DNA of 64,000 nucleotides from Polymyxa betae A26-41. Lineage: Eukaryota > Protista > Endomyxa: Phytomyxea. The DNA lies in contig RBZT01000373.1 of assembly GCA_003693705.1 (NCBI GenBank), positions 62,001-126,000 of the forward strand, given 5' to 3'. The notes under the pieces were generated by a model. It had not been told where the DNA came from. It made no database searches and saw only the letters and a program-made list of their open reading frames with translations. The position numbers and the translations under genes were made by a program. Below are positions 27,754 to 40,147 of the stretch, piece by piece (the stretch's first letter is position 1; every line of letters starts with the position of its first letter).

Positions 27754-28526
27754 ATGCAGATGAGTGATGCCATACACAGGCGCCGAGGCAGCTCTGCTCC
27801 TTCGATTGTCGAAGGGCTCCGGCGTCTGATCGGGACCGGTAAAGTCTTCGACATGAGCATGGGTTTGGTCAGAAGCCTTTTTCCCAATGTCCAAGTTTGC
27901 TGACATTCCAACCCAGATCGTAGCCGGCTGCTTCTCCAACCTGGTCAGATCTCTAGCTGATAATATCGTAGCTCCTATAGTCTCCTTCCTATTACGTAAA
28001 CAGGAAGTTAAACGGCTGGTTTAGAATACTAAACGAGAACAGCTATAGAAGGAGCGTTAAAGAACATGTTCCATGTTCTACAATGTGGCTCTGGTTCTGA
28101 TGTATGCTCATATGATTCAGTCGAGCTAGGTTTATAACGTTACAACGTTCTCTTGTTCGCTCTTTGAGTGTTTTTAGCTTCAAAAGCGGGAGCTGTCACT
28201 CTGTATGTCATTGCTTAACGCTTGCCCCATTATGTGTGAGTTCATAATAGGAACTGGGGTGCTTTCATCCAGTCCTGGCTCAACGCCTTTGTACTAATTC
28301 TTGCAGTCTATATTGTGGTTAATGGTAACGATTTTCATTCCTTAAAAGCTTTCGCACTGAATCTATTTCAGTATACAATTCTACGTTTACGGAGCTCAGG
28401 TGGGAGGAACGCAAATGCCCATACTGTATCACAAAGATTTCGTCGGCTGCGTCCCGATGCCCAAATTGTACCTCAGAAATCGAGCCGGTTTCCGACGATC
28501 GTTTGGAATCGAAAAAATTGCCTTAA
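27754..28526 (+). CDS. mscL: Large-conductance mechanosensitive channel (MscL) with a C-terminal zinc ribbon, 6 exons
   Basis: Exons 27754-27867, 27917-27995, 28049-28129, 28178-28202, 28251-28324 and 28372-28526, with GT-AG introns of 47-53 nt and matching phases. Product (175 aa): ...SIVEGLRRLIGTGKVFDMSMGLIVAGCFSNLVRSLADNIVAPIVSFLL...SKAGAVTLNWGAFIQSWLNAFVLILAVYIVV...CPYCITKISSAASRCPNCTS. Not in the ORF track. Confidence 0.9.
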
Positions 28527-28784
28527 TATAATTATTCTATTTGCTTTTCGAATGCTGAGAGCTTTCAGCATCAATCTATAAGCTCCTGAAAACACGCGCC
28601 GCAGCCAAACGATCATTCATTTCTTTTCTGTTTACTTGATCTCGTATTGCATGTGAAGGAATGTTTAGATTCTTGATTCAAGCTGGAATCACAGAGAACG
28701 ATAAATGCTAACCAACTTGATAGCATTATCTGGTTGATAATTGTAATTTTCGATCAAGCAGAAGCAATGGTTGTAATAATGTAA

Positions 28785-29803
28785 TCATTGTAATGCCAGA
28801 TGCATTCCCAAACTACCCAATCGTGAAACTAGCCGAGCATTAGCTGGATTCATCTTACCAAGCAAGGATTGTGCAAAAGGTGATTCCTCAAACAGGGAGA
28901 CGTAGATTTTTGTGACGACGAACTGGCTGGATTTACCTAACACTGCCACACAGGCATCACTGATTTCGAGAAAATTTCCTGTCATCAAGCCCAAAGTTGT
29001 CATCTCCTCGAATCCTGATCTCTCAGCTTTGTTTGCACCTTGCCTGTAATAGCCTTAATCCGCTACGAGATATGAATATGTGCAGTTGATTGCAACATTT
29101 ACTGGTTGAAGGATAGGTTGCCTGGCAATATGGCTGTAGTAATGGCCATGGTTAAAGGCTGCTCTCAATGTCAATATGACAATCATGGCTGCGCTTACTT
29201 CCAAGATGGAATGTGGATTTGAAAGGCAGATCAGTTTACGATTGTCAGATGGGCAACTCGGGCTTAGTATCTGGTGAAAGCCACAAACCCTTTTCTGGAA
29301 ACATTCTGATTTCCGTCCTCCATTCCCCACCAAATTGCAGTTCTCTTCGTAACGAATATGGGACTGAAACAAAGTGAATTGACTGCAATGTGATCGCAGC
29401 TCCCAACTCGGTGCTTAATTATCAAGAACAAGGACAATCACGCTTTGAGAAACTGTGCGAAATCAGTAGACGAGGAGTCCACTGCGCCTTCATCAGCAGT
29501 TTTTAAGTTGTTCAAACCTCGCACTGAGCAGCATATATTCAATATTTCTTGGTAAGAGACAAACCGTTTCAACAAGTTGTTCTCATCGTGCAATAACAGA
29601 AGGGGTTGTTTGTAGTCCTCGTCGGTCTTTCTAACGCTGCATTACACAATCGTCGTTCTTGTGCCGAAAATCATCTTATATGCAAACAAGAATGGTATAA
29701 AACTCTCTAAATTCGAAGCGTTAAAGGCCATGTTCCATATACTCTGAAAACGTATGGCCCAGGCTCTGCTATATGCTTGCATTACGTTCTCGATGGCTGC
29801 CAT
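28785..29803 (-). other. Possible orphan multi-exon gene or decayed gene
   Basis: Several short minus-strand open stretches with candidate splice sites. No consistent model and no family recognised. Confidence 0.2.
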
Positions 29804-30281
29804 ATTACGTTGAGGTTCAAAGTTGATGGGACATTTTTCAAACTGTCGCTTTTATCACACTATGGTAACGAACGAGTCTCAAATCAATTCAATATCATGT
29901 GCATGATTCTTGTGGCAAGTCAGAATTGGTATTTTTGAAACAAACCCCAACGATGCTGTTGTTAATATAGCAAAGTCGCCATGGTGTATGAAGAATTTCA
30001 TTACCGCATACCAATGCCGATGCAGGCATCAGTGAATGCTTGAGCAACGGCCGACGTAACGTGAACTGCTAAAAGGCCTTAACAAAAAAAATTGCGCTGC
30101 TGTTTGGCGACTGAGCTGGTCTCTGCCACTGCGTGTGTGTGTATTGAATTGAACGGGGGCCGGCGGGCCACCATCTTGATCACGTTACACTTACGAGACC
30201 CCACCGCCCCAACACTGTTCAGTTACTCTCTCTTACATTGCAAGTTCTCTCTTCCATTCTGCTTTTATTCGCTTGCTTCAC

Positions 30282-30834
30282 ATGGCCCAAGCATCGTCGT
30301 CGCTGTCTTCACCGACTGTTTCGGATCATCCAAACTCACCTGCTGACACGAAGCTGCGCCGCTCTAGGAGGAAGAAGTCGCTGCCGACGACGAGGCGTTC
30401 GGATTCGTCGCAAATTGCCTCCAGTGAATTGCGACCGACAAAGCGAACGAAAGGGAAGCGAGAACCGAAGAGGCGGACCGCTGCTCCGGTCCCGGCTAGT
30501 AACCAATCAATGATGGATACAGCTGACACTCAAGACGCCGGTGGTGTTGCTATCATCCCCGAATCTGAACCAGTTAAGCAGTCGACGACTGACGAGCAGA
30601 AGCCAGATGGGACGTCCATCTACAGGCGAAACTATATGCGGCAATATCGCTTAATGTATAGTCGATTGCTTGAAAGTAAGAATGCTTGTTAACTTTTCCT
30701 GCAGGCAGCGTGAAAAGATCCTCTCTTTGCCAGAAGAAGACAGGCAAAGCAAACTCGAGCAGATACGTGCCGGCGTGCGAGAGCGCGTCCGGCGGTTTCG
30801 ATTGCGGAAATCGCTTGGTTCGCAGGCAACCTAA
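30282..30834 (+). CDS. Small basic, probably nuclear protein (2 exons)
   Basis: Disordered N-terminus with KLRRSRRKK. The preferred splice gives RRNYMRQYRLMQREKILSLPEEDRQSKLEQIRAGVRERVRRFRLRK. Confidence 0.55.
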
Positions 30835-31024
30835 ATATTCAGCTTCACGCTGTAAATAATCACCATGCCTAATTATAATTGTGGCCAAATCCTGGATGCA
30901 AAATCCCCGGGTTCGCTTCACATCATGAATAAATCTCCTAGTGTGCCTTAATGGTTAATAACGTCATGATTTGGGGTGGCGCCACGCTGCCAACATCATC
31001 ATATCGTCATAGAGCGCGGCCACA

Positions 31025-33158
31025 ATGAAATCGCCCGAGCACACCCAGGTCGAGGACGATGTCAAACCGCTGCCGCTTTCGGAGGTGATGACTCCCCCTC
31101 CTCATCTACAAACACCAATGTTTTTGGTAGAGAACGTCAGCATCGAACAAGATCTGGCTGCATGCCTGGGAGGATCCGGTAGCCAATTTGAACCTGAATC
31201 CGTTTTGCCTGTTATGCAGCGATCTAATGGGAGATGGTGATCACAAGATCATCGCCGGTTTGCCATCCCGCAAGCTGCGTGTCTATAAAGGCAAAGCCGT
31301 CGTCACCGAGATTGGGTTACTTGACGACCCAACTGCCATGGTCGCTCTGTACCCGGAGCTATCAACGCCGCAGACGCCGACCATCGCTGTGGCTTCTGGC
31401 TGTCATCTGTATATCTACAGGAATCTGAGGTCGAAACAGTCCCGTCTTGACGCTTAGTCGATACCGTCTGATGTTGATGTTAGACCGTTCTTCAAGTTCA
31501 CGGTACCGATTAGCGAAGTCTGTGCAGAAGAACAGGAACTCTGGCAAAAGATCAGGAACGACCCCGAAACGGTCGATGCCGCCATCACCGAATTAATGGC
31601 ATTACGTCAGGCCGGCAAGCCGTTGACAAATCGCAGCCGATGCCTGGTGTCGATTCAGAGCGCCGCCATACGAGCCTCATTCATCGAGTCGGTGCGTGAC
31701 AAACCGTTAGGAAATGTCGCCCCGATTACCTGCCTGGCGTCGTTGAACAAATCGTCCGAAGATGAACGTGCTGTCAGCTTGGCGGTACTGGGCATAGAAT
31801 CGGGCCAGATTCTCATCTTAAACCAAGCGGGCATGAAAGTCGCCAAACAGGTCTTTCAATGCTGCACTAATATTTAGAGATTTTCCGTTTACTCTTTGTG
31901 TCGTTGCCTTTGAAACGTTCCCTGAATGGGGCTTAAAGCTGACAATGAATGGTCTAGATAGAAATCGGATCAGCACCTGCATTCATCGATACCGGCGGTT
32001 TGTTCGACGTCAACTATCGAATTGTTGTCGGATGTCGAAATAATCGCGTCCTAACCATCAAAGTAAGCGTTCTAATTGAGGAGTTCCAGGAACTGAGCAG
32101 ATCCTGGAAGTAGAACGGAAAGGTGACCGGGAATCCGATTGAGACCATGACCGAGGTCTGTGGCGTACTGGTCCTCATCAAACATGTGATTATCGGCTGC
32201 ATTGGCAGCGTGTTCTATGGCTATCATGTCAAAGGGCATCAGTTGTTTTCAGTTCCATTGCCCGCTCCGATCAGCGCTATGACCAAGTTCCAGATCCGCC
32301 GCGCTTCCAATCTGCAGGGTTCGATGATCGCTTTACGGAATGGCGAAGTCAGCAAATCTGCGAGCTGTCATTATAATCAATGATTGATTTCGGTGCAGGT
32401 TCGCTTTTACGAGAGCAATCAGTTGCTGACCACAATCTGCTGTTCAACAGCAGTGATCTCCATGCGATTCGGGCAATTCGGGCGCGAAGACGCCAGCGCA
32501 GTTCTAATCCTTGAAACGGGAGCCATCGTGATTAAGATGTTGCAACGACAAGCGCAATTGGAAGCGAAGGCGCCAGCCAAGATCGGAACGGCCGCCGAGC
32601 AGGATGTGCCATTGCCAATCCCGAAACGCACTCAGCTGTATGTGGACCAGATGAATCGTGAACGCGACCAGGCCGTGCTAATGCATCGGGTCTTCCAGCG
32701 CGATCTGGCTCGATTGCGGCTGACGACAGCCCAGACTTTCATAAAAGTGATCGGTGATGGTCATGGGACGCTATCAAACGCGTTGGCGTCAAACCTGCGT
32801 TTGAACGCTCAGGTCGTCGTTTCATCACGATTTCACGCCTGATCGATTAACGTCTGCTCAGGTTCTTGGTATGGGCCCCAAATTTAAGATACGTTTGTCG
32901 TTAAAGAACAGCGGGTCGTCTGCCCTCATAAACATTATGGTGGCGCTCATGTTCGATGTTGATATGTACAATGTATCGCGGTCACTATTGCAGATCCCAG
33001 TGATCGTGCCGGCCATCAATTTTTACACAGATGTCGATGTTCAAACCTGCGATAAGAGCGCAGGGTCTCGCGAAATTCGCATCGCTGTATCCCATCAAAA
33101 CACATTGTCTTCGCCAATTATCAACGCTGTATTGGTAATGCCTCCTGTTCAATTCTGA
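31025..33158 (+). CDS. BBS1: Bardet-Biedl syndrome 1 protein (BBSome)
   Basis: WLHAWEDPVANL; DLMGDGDHK; LYIYRNLR|PFFKF; FGQFGRED; IPKRTQLYVDQMNRERD; MHRVFQRDLARLRL. Confidence 0.95.
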
Positions 33159-33193
33159 AATCGAAGCAATTGGAAAAAAACAATAAAATTCTG

Positions 33194-35264
33194 TTATTGA
33201 TAAACAGGCTCGAAATCGATATCATGGCCGTGGAGGATTGTCGGCTGCACTGCTGCAGCGCGCTCTTTCAGAGCTGCTTCGAGTCGCTCAATTCCGGCCA
33301 ATGCCGTTCTCGATTCTGGAGACATGCTCAACGCAGTATGATAGTGGATTAATGCTCTATCGATATTGCCGCTTTGAGCATAAACACCAGCAAGTTTTGT
33401 GTGCATCACATCCGATGGATTATGGGCGAGATGTTGTTCTAGCAGAGTGATCGCCTCGGAGAACTGTTTCTGGCCGATATACAGTTTGGACAATGCCAGG
33501 ACAGCGTCGACGCATTTGGGATCAATGGAGAGCGCCTTCTTGAACGCCTTCGCAGCTTTATCGCGACCTTCAGGCGATCGCGACAAAACGGTTCCGAACA
33601 AAGTCAGCGCCCTGGCATTCCTTGGCAATGCTTGAACAGCCGCTTTGGCAATATACAACGCATCGTTAAATTGAGGCAAAGCGAGATATGATTCAACGAG
33701 GCCAGCATAGGCATCTAACTCGCGCCGATCTATATGGAACGCTTGCTTATAGGCCTGAACAGCCACTTCTGCACAGCCCATCGCCAACGATATGAACCCT
33801 TTCACTAAATAAGACGGCATATGCCGAGGTGCCATTGCAACCGCTTTGTCCAAGAACTTGACCGCTATATGAAGCTTAAAACACGATGCCGAACAGCGAA
33901 CCATTACAAAGCACCTTTCTCCCGTTCACCTCGCTGATCGCAATACAAAGCGACCGCAATCCACGGTTGAGGACTGGTCTGATCCAGAGACAGTAAAGAT
34001 TGGGTTAGGACACCTGAGAAGCCCATAAATCCATGAAAGAAACTACAATTAAAAAACAATCACCAAGCTCTGAAGCTTTTCCTCTCATTCGCAGAACCCA
34101 GGCGTACATGTCCATATATTCGAGTGCAAATGGATCACATCGATGCGCCATCTCAAATGTAGCTCGGGCAGCATCTGCATCCGACAGATGCAGTTGGGTT
34201 CGAGCACGATGAACCAGAACGTGATGTGTATTAGGAAACTGGAGATTCAGATGGGAGAACGCAGCCAAAGCAGAGCGATGCTCATGTAGAGTAGCGCTTG
34301 AATGACCTGCTAATAGCTGAACGATCCAGGCATGGGTGGACTTCTTGTACAATGATGAAACTGCTGATGCATCACCACCCAACTACGTGCCATCTTTGTT
34401 AGAAAAATGAAGTTAAAAGAAAAAAGCATTTGCAAGCCAAGCCAACACCGCATATTATGAATTAAGATTAAATGTCCCTTTAGCTATAAATCATGTTATA
34501 AAAAATCAAAAGAAAACAGCTTCAAAGCCAAGAGATAAACCAGCAGTAAGATACCCGAATAATGGCTATAGCGGCACTGATCGCCATTGGATTTGCATCC
34601 AGAACCTTTTGATATGCAGCGCTGGCTGTTTTGACACGACCGAGGCGCTCATATAATGTTGCCATGAGATTCCAACAAGAAGCGCTTTTTTGTTGGATAG
34701 GTTCCAGCGCCTCCAGAGCAAGTTTTACAGAGTCAATATTGGACTGGTTGGTGGAAGTCGACTTTAAACGAACATACGCTTGAGCAATCTTCATACGTAT
34801 ACAATCGTCATTAGCGATGCGGGGATCAGCAGACGAATATCTTAGAAGTTGACTGGTTTGCAAAGCGTCTTCGTACTTGGAAATCGCGCGACGATATTCG
34901 CCTTTACCAGCGAACGCTTCTCCCAGCAGCACTAAAGAGTCTGGCAAAAAAAAATCAGAATTTGACTAGAAGAAAATGATTGAACAGGAAGGCCAGACTC
35001 GAAACTGACAGAGCAGTTTAAGCAAACAGAATTTGAAGGATTATAAAACAAGTTTACCTAACCGATGAGATCGAGTCGAGCGTCATCAGAGCCGGACGAC
35101 GATTGCTGACGGCGAGCTTCCGTGACAAGAAACTGGCCTAGAATGACAGAGCTGTCGTAGAGGCCCTGCTGGACCAGGTCGGTGACATGCGCCAGCAGGG
35201 CGAGGTTGGAGCCAGGCGACGCCCAGGACCCTGTATTGTTAGATGCCGGTGCTAATGCTGTCAT
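33194..35264 (-). CDS. ANAPC7: Anaphase-promoting complex subunit 7 (TPR)
   Basis: TPR array; GEYRRAISKY; DPFALEYMDMYAWVL; AKKAFKKAL-type repeat; ALIHYHTALSMSPESRTALAGIERLE at the C-terminus. Confidence 0.8.
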
Positions 35265-35577
35265 GAGCAAGACGATTCTGCGCTATTGTCATCACCTTGT
35301 ATGCGACAAAGCAACCTTCAACTTGAAACATAACATTTATCATCATGGAGATATCATAGTTGCTTCCACAGACGTCGAAAAAGTTTTCGGTTGTTGCTCA
35401 ATTTGGTGTCAAATTGAGATCTAACAGATATGGAATGGTAGTCAGAAGTAATGTTGAGGAAACATTTTTGGTTTAAGGTTGAGACTGAATCATGCAAACG
35501 AGATCCAAGGCGAGTCATGCATAGCAATTCGGGTTAAGATGGGCAGAGGCGACAGGTTATATAAGACAATATATTAA

Positions 35578-37649
35578 TTAACGAATGCTGAGCTTATGTA
35601 GCTTCTGCTCCAGCTTCGGTTCGTTTCTTTTGCTAGCGAACTTCGTGTTGGACTTGACAGTTTCGAACACCTTCCAGAATCGCAGAGTTTCGTCAGCGGC
35701 TGCAGAGCAAACGGTCGTGCCATCGTTTGAAACGGCAAGATGCAAGATACGAGCAGAGTGCCCCGTCAAGTCGGTAACTTTCGCTAAAGAAGGATATTTC
35801 CAAAGCGAAAGTTGATTTTTCGAGAACCCATGAGCAGAAAGTATTTCGTTCTCATGTGGATTCCAGACAAGACCGCAGACCTAAATCGATTACGTTCCAT
35901 TCAATATACGATAACATTCATCATTACCTGCGAATTCGTATCGATTGCATTTAAACAAGAGCCAGATGCTGTATTCCAAAACCGAATATGACGGTCAGAA
36001 GTACCACCTCCCGTAGCCAACAGATTCCGAGCATGAGGAGACCAAGCAATTGCCTGAAGCAGGACGTAATCAGAATTGTTTGATATAGATTTGCATTGAT
36101 GATATCATGAAAAAACAGCCCATAGTGACAGCATTACGAACCTTAACAGCAGCAGTGTGATGCGTCAAGGTATGCCTTGGTGATTGAGATTGATTCAGCT
36201 CCCAAATATTACAAATATTATCATTCCCACCAGAAGCCAGCTGGGTTCCATCCTGGCTCCACGACAAGCCACAGACCTAAAGGGAGGTTAAAGTTTCAAC
36301 CAACCCAATGCTATGTCTGCCAACCTCCAGTGAATGGCCTCGGAATGTCGATATGTGATGATCAGAAACTCGCACGTCGTGATTGATGATGGAACTATCA
36401 CGAGATCCGCTCGATAAGATATGCCTGAAATTCCAATTACTTCAATACAGCTGCAGCCAAACGGATTACTTATTCCATGCAAGAGAGCACACGCGACCTT
36501 GTTGTCCTCTCATCACACGAACCTTCCGCTGTCGTTCAACATCCCACAGTTGCACCTGCTTCGATGTCGTTCCAATTGCTAAATGGGTTCCGGAAGACAT
36601 CCACGATAATGATGTCAAGTAATCCTATCGTATGATGAATGCAAAACCCAAAACATGGAAATAAACTACTTCTGGATCAGAGGTCTCCATCAGTAGCTCA
36701 ATGTTTCCAGTTTTTGCATCCCAAAGATACAGTGATTGACCAAGACCGACAGCAAGGATGCCTTTCGCAGACCTAAAGATCAAGTTAAAAGTTACCACAA
36801 AGTAGATTGGAGAAAGCAAATAAGAAGAGACACAAGCTATGGGCAAAGCAGAATAAGTTAACCACGACAGAACAAACGTTCGAAGGTTGAAGGACTCAAT
36901 TACCAATCCAGCAGATTTACATAATAATCATCGAGCAAATCGGGCGCATCGAGCACTCGCTCTGCTGACGATGGTATAAACCGGTGCTTCTTTCCTGAGA
37001 GTTTTCTTCAGATACGTGAATCAACTTGGATTTCATCCCGGACCTTGGGTTTGATTTGAGCCGGGCATCATATACCGATTTTGAGTGTAAAGAACGCGAA
37101 GGTTGTTTTGATGGTGAATTGGCGGTGCCGGGGCCTTCTGGCGAAACGATAAAATTCTGACGCCAGGTGCATTATTGTTGCTCGAAGTTGAATTGGAATC
37201 TGAGAACAGAGATGCTGCAAGTTGGTTCTGAAACCTGTAAAACGTTTGAGAGACTAAAAGGACCTTCGAGACATTAGAATCTTTTGAGTACCAACAGCAT
37301 CGCCGTTTTGACAAACGACCAAAAAATTGCAGCAGAAGTTCATCAAATGCTGTAAAAAAACATCACCGTTCTTCTGAATCCACACTGCCGTCTAATAATG
37401 GCTGCCAGTTTTCCTTGATACCCTGAATCTGATTTAGATGAGACACAAACTTGCAATCAAAAATTTTTGAATAAATATATCACAGACTTTGGAAGGCTGC
37501 TGAATCGCATGAATCTGCAGATCCGGATCCAGATTGGAACGTATCGGAATAAAGCGATCGGAGCAGGGCGTCGCTGAAACCGCATTCGGCGTCTTGGGAC
37601 GGAATGGGGTTCGGTTCAAGTGTCGTCCAGGGGTGGCACCATTTTCCAT
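35578..37649 (-). CDS. CDC20: CDC20/Fizzy APC/C co-activator
   Basis: C-box DRFIPIR; KEN box; RILSF; [20 protein letters not shown]; LASGGNDN; AADETLRFW; IR tail (KLSIR*). Confidence 0.95.
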
Positions 37650-37929
37650 GATGTCGTAAGCTAGAGCAACTGAGAAATTTGACAGTCACAATGCAGATCA
37701 AGATGATATGACAATCCCAGAAGCTGCCAGATTGCCGATTAACCAGGAGATCGAAATGGGAAAGGGCAATGTTTGAGGATCCGAGATAAGGAGGCCGCAG
37801 TCCGACTGAGGCAGGTAACTCCTTTACCTCTCGAAGGCAAAAGCAAATCTGAACTATCTAGATAACCTACCTACACAGCTTAAAGACGCTAGAATATACA
37901 GCAACTAAATTAGGGTTTACTACATTTAA

Positions 37930-39767
37930 TTATTGACGGCTGCTCATTGAAGCGATGGCGGATTGCCACGAAGCAATCATCTAACAAGCAGATGACTCTG
38001 TTACTTATCGTTTAAAGCAGAACTCATACCTTTTGACTGTGGGCTATCTGGATTTGGGCGAATGATTGTGCTAAGCGTTTCAGCACGGTCTGCTCTTCAC
38101 TCTGAAACTGTTCACAATCTCGCTGGATTTCCTCAGTTACGCGTTGCAACATGGAGGCGAGCTCAGATCTAATCTGTTCTGCGCGGGACACTTCCTCTAA
38201 GTCTTCGTAAGTGCCCAGAGTGTTTCATCTCACAAAGGAATTTGTTTACCCTGTGCCTCCGACAGTTTATCGCTGGATAGCCCTTTTTTCTGAAGCTGAT
38301 CTAGTTTCATTTGCTTGTTTTTAACATCAAGGGTGGCTTGCTGTAGTGCACCCAAAGCATTTAAGCGCGCTAAAATGCTATCACGATGCAAGATATTCGC
38401 AAAATGGTAATCGTACCCTGAAGAGCCTCTTCAACCGATCGTAACTGGTCAATAAGGTCTCGAAGAGGTTGTTTAAACCCGGAATATTCCCTATCGAGAT
38501 GGTGGGAAACCAGAACAGATGTTCGATCAGCGCTGAGACCTGAAATGGAGTTCTTAGCAATCTCAATGTAGAAACCCTTGACATACCGATTTCGTTTACG
38601 AAAACGCTGGAATCGTGATGTTCTCGTTTAAGCTCATGATCTGAAAGCACCGTCAAAGACAGGCCAAAGTTTCCCCACCATTGGGCGGATTCTAAACTCC
38701 CCATTTAGAGTGTTGCTACAAAAACCATTTGAAAACCACCTTTATAAGAACCGGCTAATCCTTGATATGCACTCAAGCAATTATTAGCGAGAGTTAAAGA
38801 TTGAGATACGCTCTCAGCCATGCGTTCGAATTTCAGATCAACTTCAGATTTGACCGCAGTTGCCCCGGGTCCCAAAATCGACTCCTGAACCTACAAAACA
38901 CTTACGCCTTTAAAAGCACAGCTCGGATCAACACAAACCGATTGGAACTTCTGACTGAAGAAGTTGATTAAACCCGCAGAGGCCAAGGCCAGCGTCGGCT
39001 CTTGAATTGTTCGTTCTTGTTTTGCCAGCTCAAGGTCCTACATGAACTTAACAGAAGATGACTTAATGATTTACATCGCTTACACTGTTCTGAGCAGATA
39101 AAAAGACGTCAAGGGAAGTACAATGCCTCAGCCTAGGATGGGAAATAATCCGTTCCATAAAAAGATTTAAGCCGCGCTGACGTTTCTCGATGAAATTCGA
39201 TTGCATGGTGCCTGTTTTTGGTCAGCAAAGAAGTGAGAATAAAACGATAGTCGTACCAAGAACAGATTTTGTTGGTAAAAACGGAATTACACAACCAGGG
39301 AATGATCGCTGTAGCTCTTGCCTGAGCCAAACGAAGTCTGAGAATCGACGACGGACGCAGTCGTGTCGAACGCTGGCATTCGACGAGACCCGCTGTAAGA
39401 TCGGATTTAAAATATGATACATTATGTAATTCCTTTGACCTACTTTAGACTCAACTGCATAATATAGCACATTATTGCTGCCTTGTCGCTGTGGATCGAA
39501 GACCCGAACGCTTCGGATGCCAGTTTGATCGGCCTGTATTGTCAATAAATTTACGGTTAAGAAAGAGCAGGCAGGAGGGGTCAGTTTAAGCAACAAAACA
39601 ATCTAGTTCGAAATCCGAAATCACATAAATAGCGATGACAATTATACAGGCAAAGGCGATGATGTTTTTTGAACTGTCTGCTCGGAACGAAGATCAATTT
39701 CATGAGAAGGCGGAGCCGGAATATCATTATCAAGTTGAACACGAGTGAGCCGTGTAGGGTTTGACAT
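37930..39767 (-). CDS. PX-BAR sorting nexin (SNX1/Vps5-like)
   Basis: PX motif VRRRFSDFVWLRQELQRSFPGCVIPFLPTK, followed by helical BAR-like exons. Confidence 0.85.
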
Positions 39768-40147
39768 GGCGCGACGCGCGGCGACGATGATTTCTCCGAT
39801 CGGAGACCAATGAATGCCCAATAATACCTGATACTTCGCAGGGAAGCCTCAATTTGAACAGGAAAGCCTCGGTGGCCGATTTGCGATGTGGCCGATTTAG
39901 GATGTGAGGCCCAGGAAACTCCTTGGGTTGCCAATTACTGTTCATAATGACGTATGTATGAAGCGACGTGACTGTTCATGCCATACCATTAGGTAATGGT
40001 ATTTCAGGCCATTTTGTCATGGCCCCATGGCCTCAATAAGACAATACAGTTCATACCCATTAATACACACCACCACCCCTAGGACACAGCCGTTCCTATA
40101 TCTGTACACAGGCGGCGGATTTGCTATAACACTTTAAACATATTCGG

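Noticed and set aside
27586-27939. 117-aa minus-strand ORF upstream of HSP70
   Set aside because: Overlaps MscL exons 1-2 on the opposite strand and has no recognisable features.
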